From an uncultured Deferribacteres bacterium (GTDB lineage Bacteria > Zhuqueibacterota > Zhuqueibacteria > Zhuqueibacterales > Geothermadaptataceae), in the NCBI GenBank assembly GCA_964014485.1, contig CAXHAT010000010.1:1-64000 (forward strand): a stretch of DNA of 64,000 bases, given 5' to 3'. The notes below the pieces were generated by a model. It did no database searches and was not told where the DNA came from. It saw nothing but the letters and a program-made list of their open reading frames with translations. How positions within the stretch are numbered: the first letter of the stretch is position 1; each line of letters opens with the position of its first letter. The translations under genes were made by a program, and so were the position numbers. Shown here one piece after another: positions 29,391 through 39,406 of the stretch.

Positions 29391-30506
29391 GTGAGCGGAT
29401 GGTTTGAAAACCCGGAAGAAATTCGGATATTGCTCAACCTGACTCAGGTCAAGGGGGTTGGCGGAGCAAGCATTCGCGCTCTCATTGAACGATTTAAGTC
29501 TCCCAAAGAAATTTGCCGCGCGAACATCAAAGCGTTGACAACCGTCCCCAGGGTTACCTCCGAAATTGCACAAGCCGTCAAAAATGCTCAAACGATGACG
29601 TTTGGCGATCAGCAGCTTGCGACGGCGGAAAAACTCAAAGTAAAGATTCTCGCCTACTGGACGCCCGCCTATCCTGATCTGCTGCGCCGCATTCCCGATC
29701 CGCCTGTTGTGTTATTTGTGAACGGCGATTTAGAAAAGCTCAACGGTTTCAATATAGCAATTGTCGGCACGCGCAGTCCGACGGTTTACGGCAAGCGTGT
29801 CACGGAAAAGCTGGCAAAGGATTTGGTCGCCGAAGGTGCGCTCATCATCAGCGGTCTCGCACGCGGCGTCGATGCCGCGGCGCACATCCAGACATTGAAA
29901 AGCGGCGGAAGAACGGTTGCAATTTTGGGAACCGGCCTGGATATTTTATACCCGCCAGAGAACAGCGCCATCGCCGAAAAGATCGTACGAAGCGGCGCCC
30001 TGATTTCCGAATTTCCGTTCGGTACAAAACCCGACGCGACGAATTTCCCGCGCAGGAATCGTATTATCAGCGGCATGTCTCTCGGCGTAATTGTTGTTGA
30101 GGCGCGGGAACGCAGCGGCGCATTGATTACTGCGCATCTGGCGCTGGAGCAAAACCGTGAAGTTTTTTCAATTCCCGGCAGTATTTTCTCCGCCCAAAGC
30201 GCCGGAACGCACGCGCTCCTGAAAGAAGGTGCAAAATGCGTCACGCACATCGGCGACATTTTGGAAGAATTGCCCAAACAAGGCGAACTTTTCGCACGAC
30301 AAGAACTGACGGAAAACACAATGCTTTCAATGAGTCCGCAGGAAAAAGAAATCTTCAGAAAATTGAGCCGCGAACCGTTGCACATTGACGCCCTATCACG
30401 ATCAAGCGGAAAAACGCCGTCCGAATTGCTGTCAATCCTTTTACAGCTCGAATTCTCCGGCGCGGTCAAGCAATTACCGGGGAAAATGTTTGTACGGGAC
30501 GTCTGA
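29391..30506 (+). CDS. dprA: DNA-processing protein DprA
   Basis: AIVGTR, SGLARGVD, FPRRNRIISG, SGALITA..ALEQNREVF and C-terminal winged helix. Confidence 0.95.
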   Translation: MSGWFENPEEIRILLNLTQVKGVGGASIRALIERFKSPKEICRANIKALTTVPRVTSEIAQAVKNAQTMTFGDQQLATAEKLKVKILAYWTPAYPDLLRRIPDPPVVLFVNGDLEKLNGFNIAIVGTRSPTVYGKRVTEKLAKDLVAEGALIISGLARGVDAAAHIQTLKSGGRTVAILGTGLDILYPPENSAIAEKIVRSGALISEFPFGTKPDATNFPRRNRIISGMSLGVIVVEARERSGALITAHLALEQNREVFSIPGSIFSAQSAGTHALLKEGAKCVTHIGDILEELPKQGELFARQELTENTMLSMSPQEKEIFRKLSREPLHIDALSRSSGKTPSELLSILLQLEFSGAVKQLPGKMFVRDV

Positions 30507-31693
30507 TGAATATTTCAAACCTGCGCTCAGAAACGCCCGGCTGCCTAGATCGCATCCATCTGAACAACGCCGGCGCTGCGCTCATGCCGTCGTGTGTTGT
30601 AAAAGTTATTCAGGATTATATCGCGTTAGAAAGCCGCATCGGCGGTTATGAAGCATATGATGCGCGCCACGATGAAATAAACGCCGCTTACCGAGCCGTC
30701 GCGGCATTGCTCGGAACACAGTCGCAAAATATCGCATTTACTGAAAATGCGACTGTTTCCTACGCGCAAACCTTGTCCGCGATTCCCTTTACACACGACG
30801 ATGTTCTCCTGACGACCAACAATGACTATGTCTCCAACCAAATCCAATTTCTTTCCCTGCAAAAGCGGTTCGGCGTTCAGGTTTTGCGCGCTCCGGACCT
30901 TTCTGAAGGCGGGGTTGACGTACAGGCTATGGCGGATTTGATTCGTCGTCGTCGCCCTAAGTTGGTCAGCGTAACGCATATTCCGACAAATTCGGGCCTT
31001 ATTCAGGACGTGTACGCGATTGGCAAAATTTGCCGTGAGGAAAACGTGCTTTACTTGGTGGACGCCTGTCAGTCAATTGGCCAAATGCCGGTCTATGTTA
31101 ATGAAATTGGCTGTGATTTTTTGGCTGCCACCTCGCGTAAATTTCTGCGCGGCCCGCGTGGATCGGGATTTCTTTATGTCTCAAATCGCGTGTTGCAACA
31201 AGGTTTAGAGCCTTTGTTTCTCGATTTGCGCGGCGCTGACTGGACTGCCAAAGACGACTATCGCATTGCGGGCGACGCCAAGCGTTTTGAAAACTGGGAG
31301 TCCGCATGGGCGCTTGTACTCGGAACCGGAGAAGCCGCCCGTTATGCAAAAAACATTGGATTGGAAAAAATTCAAACGCGCGTCAAGTATTTGGCTGAAC
31401 AACTCAGAGAAAAACTGGGCGCGATAGAAGGCGTGCGCGTATTGGACGAGGGAAAAGAGCGCGGCGGCATTGTCACGGTTTGGGTTGAAGGTTGGGAGCC
31501 AATCGATCTCATGACTGCTCTGCGAAAGCGGCGCATCAATGTTTCCGCCCAAACGCGAAGCTCCGCCGTTATCGATTATGGAAGAAAAGGCGTGACTGGA
31601 GCGCTGCGCCTCTCGCCTCACTATTACAACGCTGAGGAAGAAATCGAACAAGCGGTGTTAGCGATTCAGCAAATGATCGATTCTGATTCGTGA
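30506..31693 (+). CDS. Class V PLP-dependent aminotransferase / cysteine desulfurase-like
   Basis: HLNNAGA, VDACQS, TSRKFLRGPRGSG and LRLSPHYYN motifs; TGATG overlap with dprA. Confidence 0.88.
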   Translation: MNISNLRSETPGCLDRIHLNNAGAALMPSCVVKVIQDYIALESRIGGYEAYDARHDEINAAYRAVAALLGTQSQNIAFTENATVSYAQTLSAIPFTHDDVLLTTNNDYVSNQIQFLSLQKRFGVQVLRAPDLSEGGVDVQAMADLIRRRRPKLVSVTHIPTNSGLIQDVYAIGKICREENVLYLVDACQSIGQMPVYVNEIGCDFLAATSRKFLRGPRGSGFLYVSNRVLQQGLEPLFLDLRGADWTAKDDYRIAGDAKRFENWESAWALVLGTGEAARYAKNIGLEKIQTRVKYLAEQLREKLGAIEGVRVLDEGKERGGIVTVWVEGWEPIDLMTALRKRRINVSAQTRSSAVIDYGRKGVTGALRLSPHYYNAEEEIEQAVLAIQQMIDSDS

Positions 31694-31716
31694 AGCAACA
31701 AATTTTTTGAGAATGC

Positions 31717-33405
31717 CTACAAATTCATTCGATTCAACTCTTTCACCGCGTGATCGCAAGCTCTGGCGGTCAGCGCCATGTAGGTGATCGATGGATTCTG
31801 ACAAGCGGAGGACGTCATGCACGAACCGTCGGTCACGAAAACATTTGGGGCTTCGTGGCATTGATTATGAGCGTTTAAAACCGAAGTTTTCGGGTCTTTT
31901 CCCATCCGCGCCGTGCCCATCTCATGAATACAAAGTCCCGGAGGCGAGGGCAAATTGTAAGTGTAAACTTGTTTTCCTCCAGCCGCCTCAAGCATTTCTA
32001 CCACGTTCGTGACGATTTCTTTCTTAATGTTCTGCTCGTTTTCGCGATAAGTGCAGTGGATGTCCAAAGTAGGAATTCCCCATTCATCTGTCTTGTCGCC
32101 GCTCAGTTCGACGTAGTTGTCTTCGTAAGGCAAACATTCACCCCAGCCGCCAATATTCATCCGCCAGGGGCCCGGCTCGCGAAGCGCATTTTTGAAATCA
32201 GCGCCGAAGCCGGGCATTTTCATGCCGCGTCCCCAACCGTCGCGCCACGCGCCGCCTTGAAAACCATAGCCGCGCAGAAAATTCGGGTGCTGTTTTTTGA
32301 TATTCTGAAATCGCGGGATATAAATGCCGTTTGGTCGCTTGCCTGAAAAATACTTGTCTTCAAATCCTTCAAACGTTGCGCCCGCGCCGGAGTCATAGGT
32401 GTGATCCATTAAATAATGGCCCAACGCGCCGCTGCCGTTTGCAAACCCGTTTGGGAATCGGGACGAGGTGGAGTTGAGCATGATTTGCGTCGTGCCAAGC
32501 GTGGAAGCGCACATAAAAACAATGCGCGCTTTGTACTCAATGTCTTGCCTGGTGTTCGCATCAATCACCCGCACGCCGGTCGCACGATTTTTCGTCTCGT
32601 CGAACATGATGCTGTGCGCGATGCTGTCGGTTTTAATGGTCAAATTCCCGGTGGCTAAAGCGGCGGGGAGAGTCGCGCTCGGGCTGCTGAAATACGAGCC
32701 CGTTGAACAGCCTCGTTGACATGGGCCGCAGTAATGACAAGCTGCGCGACCGTTGTGAGCTTGCGTAAGCACGGCGCAGCGCCCAATCGTCATCATGCGG
32801 TCTGAAAAATGCTTTGCGATGCTTTCTTTAACATGCTGTTCGACGCAACTCATTTGCATCGGCGGCAAGAACTTTCCGTCCGGCAACTGCGGCAAGCCTT
32901 CCGCCTGACCGCTGATTCCGGCGAATGTTTCGACGTAATCGTACCATGGCGCAATGTCTTTGTAGCGAATCGGCCAATCGACGCCAAAACCGTCCTTTGC
33001 GTTTGCCTCAAAATCAAGATCGCTCCAGCGATAGCATTGGCGCGCCCAAGTCAGGGAGCGACCGCCCAAATGATAACCGCGAATCCAGGAAAAAGGTTTG
33101 TCGGCGGGGGTTGAGTACGGATGTCGTTTGTCGTTGGCAAAAAAATGTTTTGTCGATTCGTTGAAGGCGTAGCATTGCTTTTGAACTTGGTATTCATCTT
33201 CGAAAAGCTGACGTTCGCCCTGAAGGCGGTACGGATATTCCCACTCCGGTTTATGCTCCGTCACATAATCTTTTCCATGCTCTACGTGCCTGCCGCGTTC
33301 GAGCAGCACGACCTTAAGGCCTTTCTCGGCCAACTCTTTCGCCGCCCAACCGCCTGTGATTCCGGAACCTACAACAATCGCATCGAATTCATTCGTGTTC
33401 GGCAT
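31717..33405 (-). CDS. GMC-family flavoprotein oxidoreductase (glycoside 3-dehydrogenase / gluconate 2-dehydrogenase type)
   Basis: DAIVVGSGITGGWAAKEL, LGGRSLTW, CHYCGPCQRGC, IHEMGTARMG and NPSITYMALTAR motifs. ATG 33405 preferred because the longer N-terminus is translated palindrome. Confidence 0.92.
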   Translation of the reverse strand: MPNTNEFDAIVVGSGITGGWAAKELAEKGLKVVLLERGRHVEHGKDYVTEHKPEWEYPYRLQGERQLFEDEYQVQKQCYAFNESTKHFFANDKRHPYSTPADKPFSWIRGYHLGGRSLTWARQCYRWSDLDFEANAKDGFGVDWPIRYKDIAPWYDYVETFAGISGQAEGLPQLPDGKFLPPMQMSCVEQHVKESIAKHFSDRMMTIGRCAVLTQAHNGRAACHYCGPCQRGCSTGSYFSSPSATLPAALATGNLTIKTDSIAHSIMFDETKNRATGVRVIDANTRQDIEYKARIVFMCASTLGTTQIMLNSTSSRFPNGFANGSGALGHYLMDHTYDSGAGATFEGFEDKYFSGKRPNGIYIPRFQNIKKQHPNFLRGYGFQGGAWRDGWGRGMKMPGFGADFKNALREPGPWRMNIGGWGECLPYEDNYVELSGDKTDEWGIPTLDIHCTYRENEQNIKKEIVTNVVEMLEAAGGKQVYTYNLPSPPGLCIHEMGTARMGKDPKTSVLNAHNQCHEAPNVFVTDGSCMTSSACQNPSITYMALTARACDHAVKELNRMNL

Positions 33406-33445
33406 TTTGTTTTCTCGGTATGGTTTGTTTTTGGAAAATACGCAG

Positions 33446-33505
33446 GAGTGCAAAGCTTGCTTTGCCCAAGACGCCGATAGAAGAAGCAAGGCAAGCCTTG
33501 CACTC
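33446..33505. repeat. REP-like inverted repeat doublet
   Basis: GAGTGCAAAGCTTGCTTTGC (33446-33465) and GCAAGGCAAGCCTTGCACTC (33486-33505) are reverse complements with 2 mismatches; each arm is itself palindromic. Confidence 0.7.
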
Positions 33506-33511
33506 ATTTTT

Positions 33512-34255
33512 TCAGCTCAAGCACGTTCGCAACTCATTCCAGAGTGCGAGATAAGCTTTTGATGAAACGCTCTTTGGTGCAGTGGAAACGACAGGCTCTC
33601 GCGTGACGCCCATTTTTTCGATGTCCGACAAATAAGGGATGCGGACGTCGAAAAAGTGATTTTTCGTTTTCGACAATGCTTCGATTGTTTCGGTATGCAA
33701 TTTTTTTCGCTTTTCCACCATCGAAAAGAGACCGGAGATTTTTGCGCGATTCATATCTTGATCTTTAAAAAAGCCGGTCAGTTGCTTGAATGTATTGATG
33801 GAAAGCGAGGTGGGGATTACAGGTACGACGATTAAGTCAGCGGCGCGAAAGACATTCTCGGAAACAAGAGTCAGGTTTGGCGGGCAATCCAGGAAAATAT
33901 AGTCATAATCGGTCGAGAAATAATCCAGCGTCTCGGAGAGCCGCTTCTTCGATCGTTTTGCGGCGTCCAGCGCCAGATCGAGATTGCGAAAGGAAAGGTG
34001 GGCGGGCAATAAGTCGAGACCTTCGAAGTCCGTGCCGCGAATGTGCTTGTCAAGCTTGCCGCCGCCGCGAACGATGTTTTCCGGGGAGAGTTTTTTACGC
34101 GGGCGAATACGAAAATAATAGGAAGATGCGCCTTGCGGATCAAGGTCGCAAAGCAGCGTGCGCTTTTGGTTTTGCGAGGCGAGCCAGGCAAGATTGACCG
34201 AAGTTGCGGTTTTGCCAACCCCGCCTTTAATACTGTAGAGAGCAATGATTTTCAC
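33512..34255 (-). CDS. ParA/Soj-family ATPase
   Basis: KGGVGKT deviant Walker A, DLDPQG and LDCPP motifs; GTGA overlap with the CHAD gene. Confidence 0.92.
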   Translation of the reverse strand: MKIIALYSIKGGVGKTATSVNLAWLASQNQKRTLLCDLDPQGASSYYFRIRPRKKLSPENIVRGGGKLDKHIRGTDFEGLDLLPAHLSFRNLDLALDAAKRSKKRLSETLDYFSTDYDYIFLDCPPNLTLVSENVFRAADLIVVPVIPTSLSINTFKQLTGFFKDQDMNRAKISGLFSMVEKRKKLHTETIEALSKTKNHFFDVRIPYLSDIEKMGVTREPVVSTAPKSVSSKAYLALWNELRTCLS

Positions 34256-35817
34256 GTGCGATTTCTCCGAGTCTTTTTCTTGCCAAAAAGATTTTCAAAA
34301 CGAGCAGCATTTTCCGCTGATGTAAACGTCGAAAAACGCTGACTGAACTCGTGTCGAACTTCGCCTTGCCGACGATGCAACAAGGTAATCAGCCCGCCAA
34401 GAGCGGCGGAAAGCGCTTCCGGGTTTTTGCTCTTCGGCGCGATCTCGGTCATGAAGCGCTTGAGCTCCTCTTGCTGCACAAACAAATCGTTAAAATCGCC
34501 GAGGTTATCTTGCAATACTTTCAATTGCTTGACAAACAAAATCATTTGTTTTTTAGGAAACAAGGAAGTAAAAAACTCCAACAAGTAGCGCAGTTTTTTG
34601 CAATCGATCCTCAGGTCGTGCAGCGCCTGATCCGGCGTTTCGTCGTCAATGGCTCCGCCTTTTTTTAAGACTACGTGATAGCGCTTGCGAATAAAACGCT
34701 TGGCCAGGAGCGTAACGGGCTTGTCCGCATTTGGCGCCGCCGGGTGCGACTTTTCAGCATTTTCCCGGATTGATTCTCTGGCCGTTGCGAGAATCGATTG
34801 GTAGCGTTTGGAGCGCAATGTTCGAATAAGCCGTTTTAGTTCGATTTCACGCTCTTCTTTCAAAGCATCAAAGAGTGGATCGAGGCCTTCACCCATAGCT
34901 GGCGGCAACATTGACTTATATTCTTCTTCCGCCAGTAAATAAACGTCGAGATCGCGCAGGCGGTTGGTCGATTTACCGAGATAAGCAAAATCAGTCTTAA
35001 GACGTTGCGTCGTTTCCGGAGTAAAAACGCCCTTAATCAGCGCTAACCCTGAACGAATACGTCGGATGGAAACGCGGAAATCGTGCAGGAATTCCGTGTC
35101 GATATCTGAAATCAAGCCCTGTTCGTTCTGCTGCATAACGTCAATCAAGTAATACACGAGCCGCTGCATTGCTTCCGCGCCGGTCATTTCAGGCGATAAT
35201 TGGACGCTGACCTTCGAAGTATATTCGCCCGGTTTTTTGTCTAACAGCGCCAAAGCGGCCAAGTACGCGTCTTCCTTTAAGGGCTTGAGTCCGAATTGTC
35301 GAAAAATCGCTCTGATTTGCGCCGCTGGTTTTGGGTATCCGCGAATCGGCGTCACTCGGAACGTTCTTGTTACCGGAAGATGTTTTCTTCCGGCTATGAC
35401 TTTAATTTCTTCAAGCTTGAGACGCAAAACCGTTTTTTCATCCGCGTTCAAAAGGCGCGCAGGGTGAACGTTTCTGACGAGCGCAGCCTGTTTGTAGACA
35501 GCGCGAATGTCCAAACTCTGACGGACGGCGTTTTGCGCAGGGCCTTCCGGGAAATCCTGCCAAAACGCAGGCGGCTTTTGCGCTCGCCACGAGACTTCGC
35601 TCTTTGAATTTTGGCCTGGTTTTAAAATAGAGTAAATATTCTTTTGGGCAGAGAGGCGCAGCCCCTTTGTTTCCAGGAGCCAGTCAAAAGTATCATAGTA
35701 AGTAACAGTTTCCTTGAACGGCGCTTCAAACTGCAATTTCAGGTTTTCAGGGATGGCATTAAGGATCTCGCTGTGATCCGAACTTTCAGGTACTTTAAAC
35801 TTTTCCGACTTTAGCAT
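34252..35817 (-). CDS. CHAD-domain polyphosphate-binding protein with degenerate CYTH-like N-terminus
   Basis: YYDTFDW, LHDFRVSIRRIRS, RDLDV, LHDLRIDCKKLRYLLEFF and LQDNLGDFND motifs. Confidence 0.9.
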   Translation of the reverse strand: MLKSEKFKVPESSDHSEILNAIPENLKLQFEAPFKETVTYYDTFDWLLETKGLRLSAQKNIYSILKPGQNSKSEVSWRAQKPPAFWQDFPEGPAQNAVRQSLDIRAVYKQAALVRNVHPARLLNADEKTVLRLKLEEIKVIAGRKHLPVTRTFRVTPIRGYPKPAAQIRAIFRQFGLKPLKEDAYLAALALLDKKPGEYTSKVSVQLSPEMTGAEAMQRLVYYLIDVMQQNEQGLISDIDTEFLHDFRVSIRRIRSGLALIKGVFTPETTQRLKTDFAYLGKSTNRLRDLDVYLLAEEEYKSMLPPAMGEGLDPLFDALKEEREIELKRLIRTLRSKRYQSILATARESIRENAEKSHPAAPNADKPVTLLAKRFIRKRYHVVLKKGGAIDDETPDQALHDLRIDCKKLRYLLEFFTSLFPKKQMILFVKQLKVLQDNLGDFNDLFVQQEELKRFMTEIAPKSKNPEALSAALGGLITLLHRRQGEVRHEFSQRFSTFTSAENAARFENLFGKKKTRRNRT

Positions 35818-35821
35818 CGGA

Positions 35822-36271
35822 TTAACTCCTCTCCTGTTGTTTGGGGTTTAAGAATTTCGGCAACGATAGTATAATTTCAAGAAGGTCGGGGCGCTTAACA
35901 TATGACGAGACGTCTTGCAGTGCAATCCATTTCCGCGTGCGCCAGAACGCTTCCATCCAGTCTTCATGAATTTCTTCAACGCGCATGACGAAAACGTCGA
36001 TTATGCAGACGCCGCCCCATTTTTTGTGCTTGTAGACGCCAATTTTTTCTGTGTAAAAGCTTCCTCGTACGCCCGCTTCTTCTAGCGCTTCTTCGGCTGC
36101 GGACTCAATTGGCGACATGCCGCCTTCAATCAGTCCTTTTGGAATGATCCATTTTTTGCCGCTGCTGCTCGTAATAAGCAGGACGTCAATTTGACCAGTC
36201 TCATCGATGCGATACGGCAAGGCGGCGGCCTGAAGATAAACAGACTCATTTGTTGGATTTATGTCTGGCAT
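35822..36271 (-). CDS. NUDIX hydrolase (DIPP/Ap6A-like subfamily)
   Basis: QAAALPYR, VLLITS, WIIPKG and Nudix box AAEEALEEAG; ATG 36271 is the probable start. Confidence 0.88.
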   Translation of the reverse strand: MPDINPTNESVYLQAAALPYRIDETGQIDVLLITSSSGKKWIIPKGLIEGGMSPIESAAEEALEEAGVRGSFYTEKIGVYKHKKWGGVCIIDVFVMRVEEIHEDWMEAFWRTRKWIALQDVSSYVKRPDLLEIILSLPKFLNPKQQERS

Positions 36272-37148
36272 ATAAGAGTTGGACAATCCCAAAAGAAATA
36301 CCGACCTGTGGCACATAGATTCTTTTAATTTTCGCCCACTCTATCACGGAAAGGTAAATTTCCGAAGCTGGTATGATGACGTCTGCGCGATCGGGTTTTA
36401 AACCGAGAACGTCTATTCGGTCAGCCAACGAAAAACCGTTTAAATACTCGTAGATGCGGTCGACTTCCTTGTAAGTCATTGGCGTGTCGGATTTTTTTCG
36501 GGCGAGTTTGAAAATTTTGTTGATATTGCCGCCGCTTCCGACGCCGCGCAGGCCTTTGTATTTTCCGGCGTGTTTTCTCACCCATTGCTTCATCGACTTC
36601 CACTGATCTTTTTTCACCAGATTGTGCAGCAACCTGACCGTGCCAATATTGAAGGAACTGGATGCGACGACTTTTTTTCGTGAAATGACAGTTAATTCAG
36701 TGCTGCCGCCGCCGACGTCAATGTAAAGATAATTCCTGCGCGGATTGAGGCGCTCTTCGATGTGACTTGAGTAGATAATTTCCGCTTCTTCTCGCCCGCT
36801 AATGATATTGAGATCCAAATCGCTTCTTTTTTTTATTGTCTGCACGATCCTGGAGCCATTGCTTGCTTCGCGCATTGCGGATGTGGCGCATGCCATATAA
36901 CTTAAGGCGCCGTAAGCTTTAATCAGATGGCCGAAGCCAATCATCGTTTCGATAAGCAGCGTTGATTTTTGCGTAGAAATTTTCTTTTTGACGAAAGAGT
37001 CTTCGCTTAAACGGATTGGCATACGTACGAATGCTTGACGCTCAAAAATCGCCTCGTCGTCGTGTTCTTCAACTTTGGAAAGCAAGAGACGGACTGCGTT
37101 TGAGCCGATGTCGATCGCGGCGAATTTGAGGGGAAGTTTGGGCGTCAT
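36246..37148 (-). CDS. ppx: Exopolyphosphatase Ppx/GppA (short form)
   Basis: AAIDIGSNAVRL, ATSAMREASNG, ISGREEA, DVGGGSTE and DRADVI motifs. Confidence 0.92.
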   Translation of the reverse strand: MTPKLPLKFAAIDIGSNAVRLLLSKVEEHDDEAIFERQAFVRMPIRLSEDSFVKKKISTQKSTLLIETMIGFGHLIKAYGALSYMACATSAMREASNGSRIVQTIKKRSDLDLNIISGREEAEIIYSSHIEERLNPRRNYLYIDVGGGSTELTVISRKKVVASSSFNIGTVRLLHNLVKKDQWKSMKQWVRKHAGKYKGLRGVGSGGNINKIFKLARKKSDTPMTYKEVDRIYEYLNGFSLADRIDVLGLKPDRADVIIPASEIYLSVIEWAKIKRIYVPQVGISFGIVQLLYARHKSNK

Positions 37149-37183
37149 TGTTAAGCAAAAAAACTATTGGTCGAGACGTTTGT

Positions 37184-37252
37184 GCGTCATTTCAGGAACC
37201 CCCTTTGGCATTGTTCTCGAACTCGAGAAAAGTAGGTTCTCCTGAATGACGC
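37184..37252. repeat. Imperfect intergenic inverted repeat between ppk1 and ppx
   Basis: GCGTCATTTCAGGAACC ... GGTTCTCCTGAATGACGC with inner TTCTCGA-AC-TCGAGAA hairpin. Confidence 0.55.
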
Positions 37253-37277
37253 TTGGTAATGACTTTCGAATAAGCTC

Positions 37278-39383
37278 TCAAAACGCAGCCAATTCCTCAG
37301 CGGGCGTTTCGGCTTCCTTCTCTTCGCCGACAATGCTCTTAAGGTATTCGTAAGTCGCTTCTTGCGAGCGAACGGCTTTGTGGCCGTTCATGCCGCGGCG
37401 GTACTGGTTTTGAAAGCGTCTGTCCAGAATACGCGCTTTCACGTTGTCTTGCCACTGCAGCTCAAGAATAGAGCGTATTTCTTCCTGAATCGATTTGTCA
37501 TAAATCGGACAAGTCACTTCCACGCGACGATCCAGATTTCGCGTCATCCAGTCTGAAGAAGAAAGAAAAAACTTTTCATCGCCGCCGTTATGGAAAATGA
37601 AAAGCCGTGAGTGTTCAAGGTATTTGTCGACGATGCTAATTGCTTCAATGTTTTCGCTCAAATCTCTAACTTTTGGCGCGATAGAAAACATCCCGCGCAC
37701 GATCATCCGAATTTTTACGCCCGCCTGGCTGGCTCTGTAGAGTTTTTTAATGATTTTGTAGTCAGAAAAATTATTCAACTTCACTGTAATTGCGGCGTCT
37801 ATCCCGGCTTCCGCGTTTTTGATTTCCTTCTGAATCAACTTCGAGAACGTTTTGCGCATCTGGAACGGCGCAACCACGAGATGTCGAAAGCGACTTATTC
37901 GATAATTGTTTTCAAAGAAATCAAAAATCTTCTCAGCTTCAGACGTGATTTCTTCGTGCGTCGTCAGCAGGCAATGATCAGTATAGATTTTGGCCGTGTC
38001 CTCATTGAAATTGCCAGTGCCTATAATGCAGTAGCGGACGATCTTTTTGTTTTCTTTGCGCTTGATCAGGCACAATTTGGAATGCACTTTTAAACCCTGC
38101 ACTCCGAAGATAACTTTCACGCCTTCTTCCTGAAGCTTGTTCGCCCACTGTAAATTGGCTTCCTCGTCAAAGCGCGCCTGCAGTTCAAGTACAACAGTTA
38201 CGTTTTTTCCATTCTTCGCCGCGTTAATCAAGGCATTGATAATGCTGGAGTTTTTGGCGACGCGGTAGAGCGTAATAGAAATCGATTTGACTTTGGGATC
38301 AATGGAAACGTCGCGCAGCAAATCGATAATGTACATGAACGATTGATAGGGGAAATGCAACAGAACGTCTTTTTTGCGCATCACGCGCAGCGCACTGGCG
38401 CCGCGAGTCAAGTCCTTGTGCGGCAAGGGCGGGACAGTCTTTTCAATGAAACTTGGCGGGCCGATGCGCGGGAACCCGATGAAATCTTTAAAGTTGTGAT
38501 AACGCGCGCCGGGGATGATCGTATCTTTTGCTTTGTTGACCTTGTTTCGGGAGACGATGATTTTGAGCAAGCTGTCCGGCATGTCTTCATCGTAAATGAA
38601 GCGCACTGTCCTGCCGGACTTTCGTTTTTGTAACCCGCGATGGATTTTGTGCATATAGCTTTGCGTCGGATCGTTGTCAAAATCCAACTCGGCGTCGCGG
38701 GTCGTTTTAATAGTGTATGCTTCGAATTGCTGATAATCGAAAATGGAGAAAATGTCCCGCAGCCCAAAACGGATCACATCGTCGAGCAGCATGATGTATT
38801 GATTACCGTTGTTTTTGGGGAGAATCAAGAAACGGGGCAGGAGAGTGGTGGGCACTTCGATGAGAGCGAGTCTCTGCGTTTGTTTGCTGAACGATTCTCT
38901 CATCAGAACCGTAAGATAAATCGCGTGATCTTTTAGATGCGGGAACTTTGAGCGTTTGTTGAACATGATCGGGAAGAGCTTTGGCCGGACTTCGCGCAAA
39001 AAATAGGTGTGAACAAACTCAGCCTGCTCCTCGTCCAGCCCCTTCGCATCGGCGAGAATGATGATCTTGTTGCGTGCAAGTTCCAGAATAATCTGATCAT
39101 AAATGTCGTTGAACAGATCAGTCTGGTCGATGACAATGTCCTCGATGCGGTTGATGATGCGGTTCGGATCGTGCCCGATAATCGATTTCGCATTCTCCTT
39201 GAGCGGAGCCAAACGTTTTAAAGTGGCAACACGTACGCGAAAGAATTCATCGAGATTGTTGGAAAAGATTCCAAGAAATTTGATGCGTTCGATTAATGGG
39301 ACGGTTGGGTCGGCGGCTTCTTGCAACACGCGGGCGTTGAAGGACAGCCAACTGATCTCCTTGTTGATAAATTTTGCTTTCAT
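37278..39383 (-). CDS. ppk1: Polyphosphate kinase 1
   Basis: NKEISWLSFNARVLQEA, NLDEFFRVRVA, LHFPYQSF, ELQARFDEEAN, LKVHSK and DWMTRNLDRRVE motifs. Confidence 0.97.
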   Translation of the reverse strand: MKAKFINKEISWLSFNARVLQEAADPTVPLIERIKFLGIFSNNLDEFFRVRVATLKRLAPLKENAKSIIGHDPNRIINRIEDIVIDQTDLFNDIYDQIILELARNKIIILADAKGLDEEQAEFVHTYFLREVRPKLFPIMFNKRSKFPHLKDHAIYLTVLMRESFSKQTQRLALIEVPTTLLPRFLILPKNNGNQYIMLLDDVIRFGLRDIFSIFDYQQFEAYTIKTTRDAELDFDNDPTQSYMHKIHRGLQKRKSGRTVRFIYDEDMPDSLLKIIVSRNKVNKAKDTIIPGARYHNFKDFIGFPRIGPPSFIEKTVPPLPHKDLTRGASALRVMRKKDVLLHFPYQSFMYIIDLLRDVSIDPKVKSISITLYRVAKNSSIINALINAAKNGKNVTVVLELQARFDEEANLQWANKLQEEGVKVIFGVQGLKVHSKLCLIKRKENKKIVRYCIIGTGNFNEDTAKIYTDHCLLTTHEEITSEAEKIFDFFENNYRISRFRHLVVAPFQMRKTFSKLIQKEIKNAEAGIDAAITVKLNNFSDYKIIKKLYRASQAGVKIRMIVRGMFSIAPKVRDLSENIEAISIVDKYLEHSRLFIFHNGGDEKFFLSSSDWMTRNLDRRVEVTCPIYDKSIQEEIRSILELQWQDNVKARILDRRFQNQYRRGMNGHKAVRSQEATYEYLKSIVGEEKEAETPAEELAAF

Positions 39384-39406
39384 CCTGACTCCTCCGAATT
39401 TTGAGG

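Noticed and set aside
33406..33507. Apparent signal-peptide-like N-terminal extension of the GMC ORF
   Set aside because: It is translation of the REP doublet; family members begin just before the FAD-binding motif.
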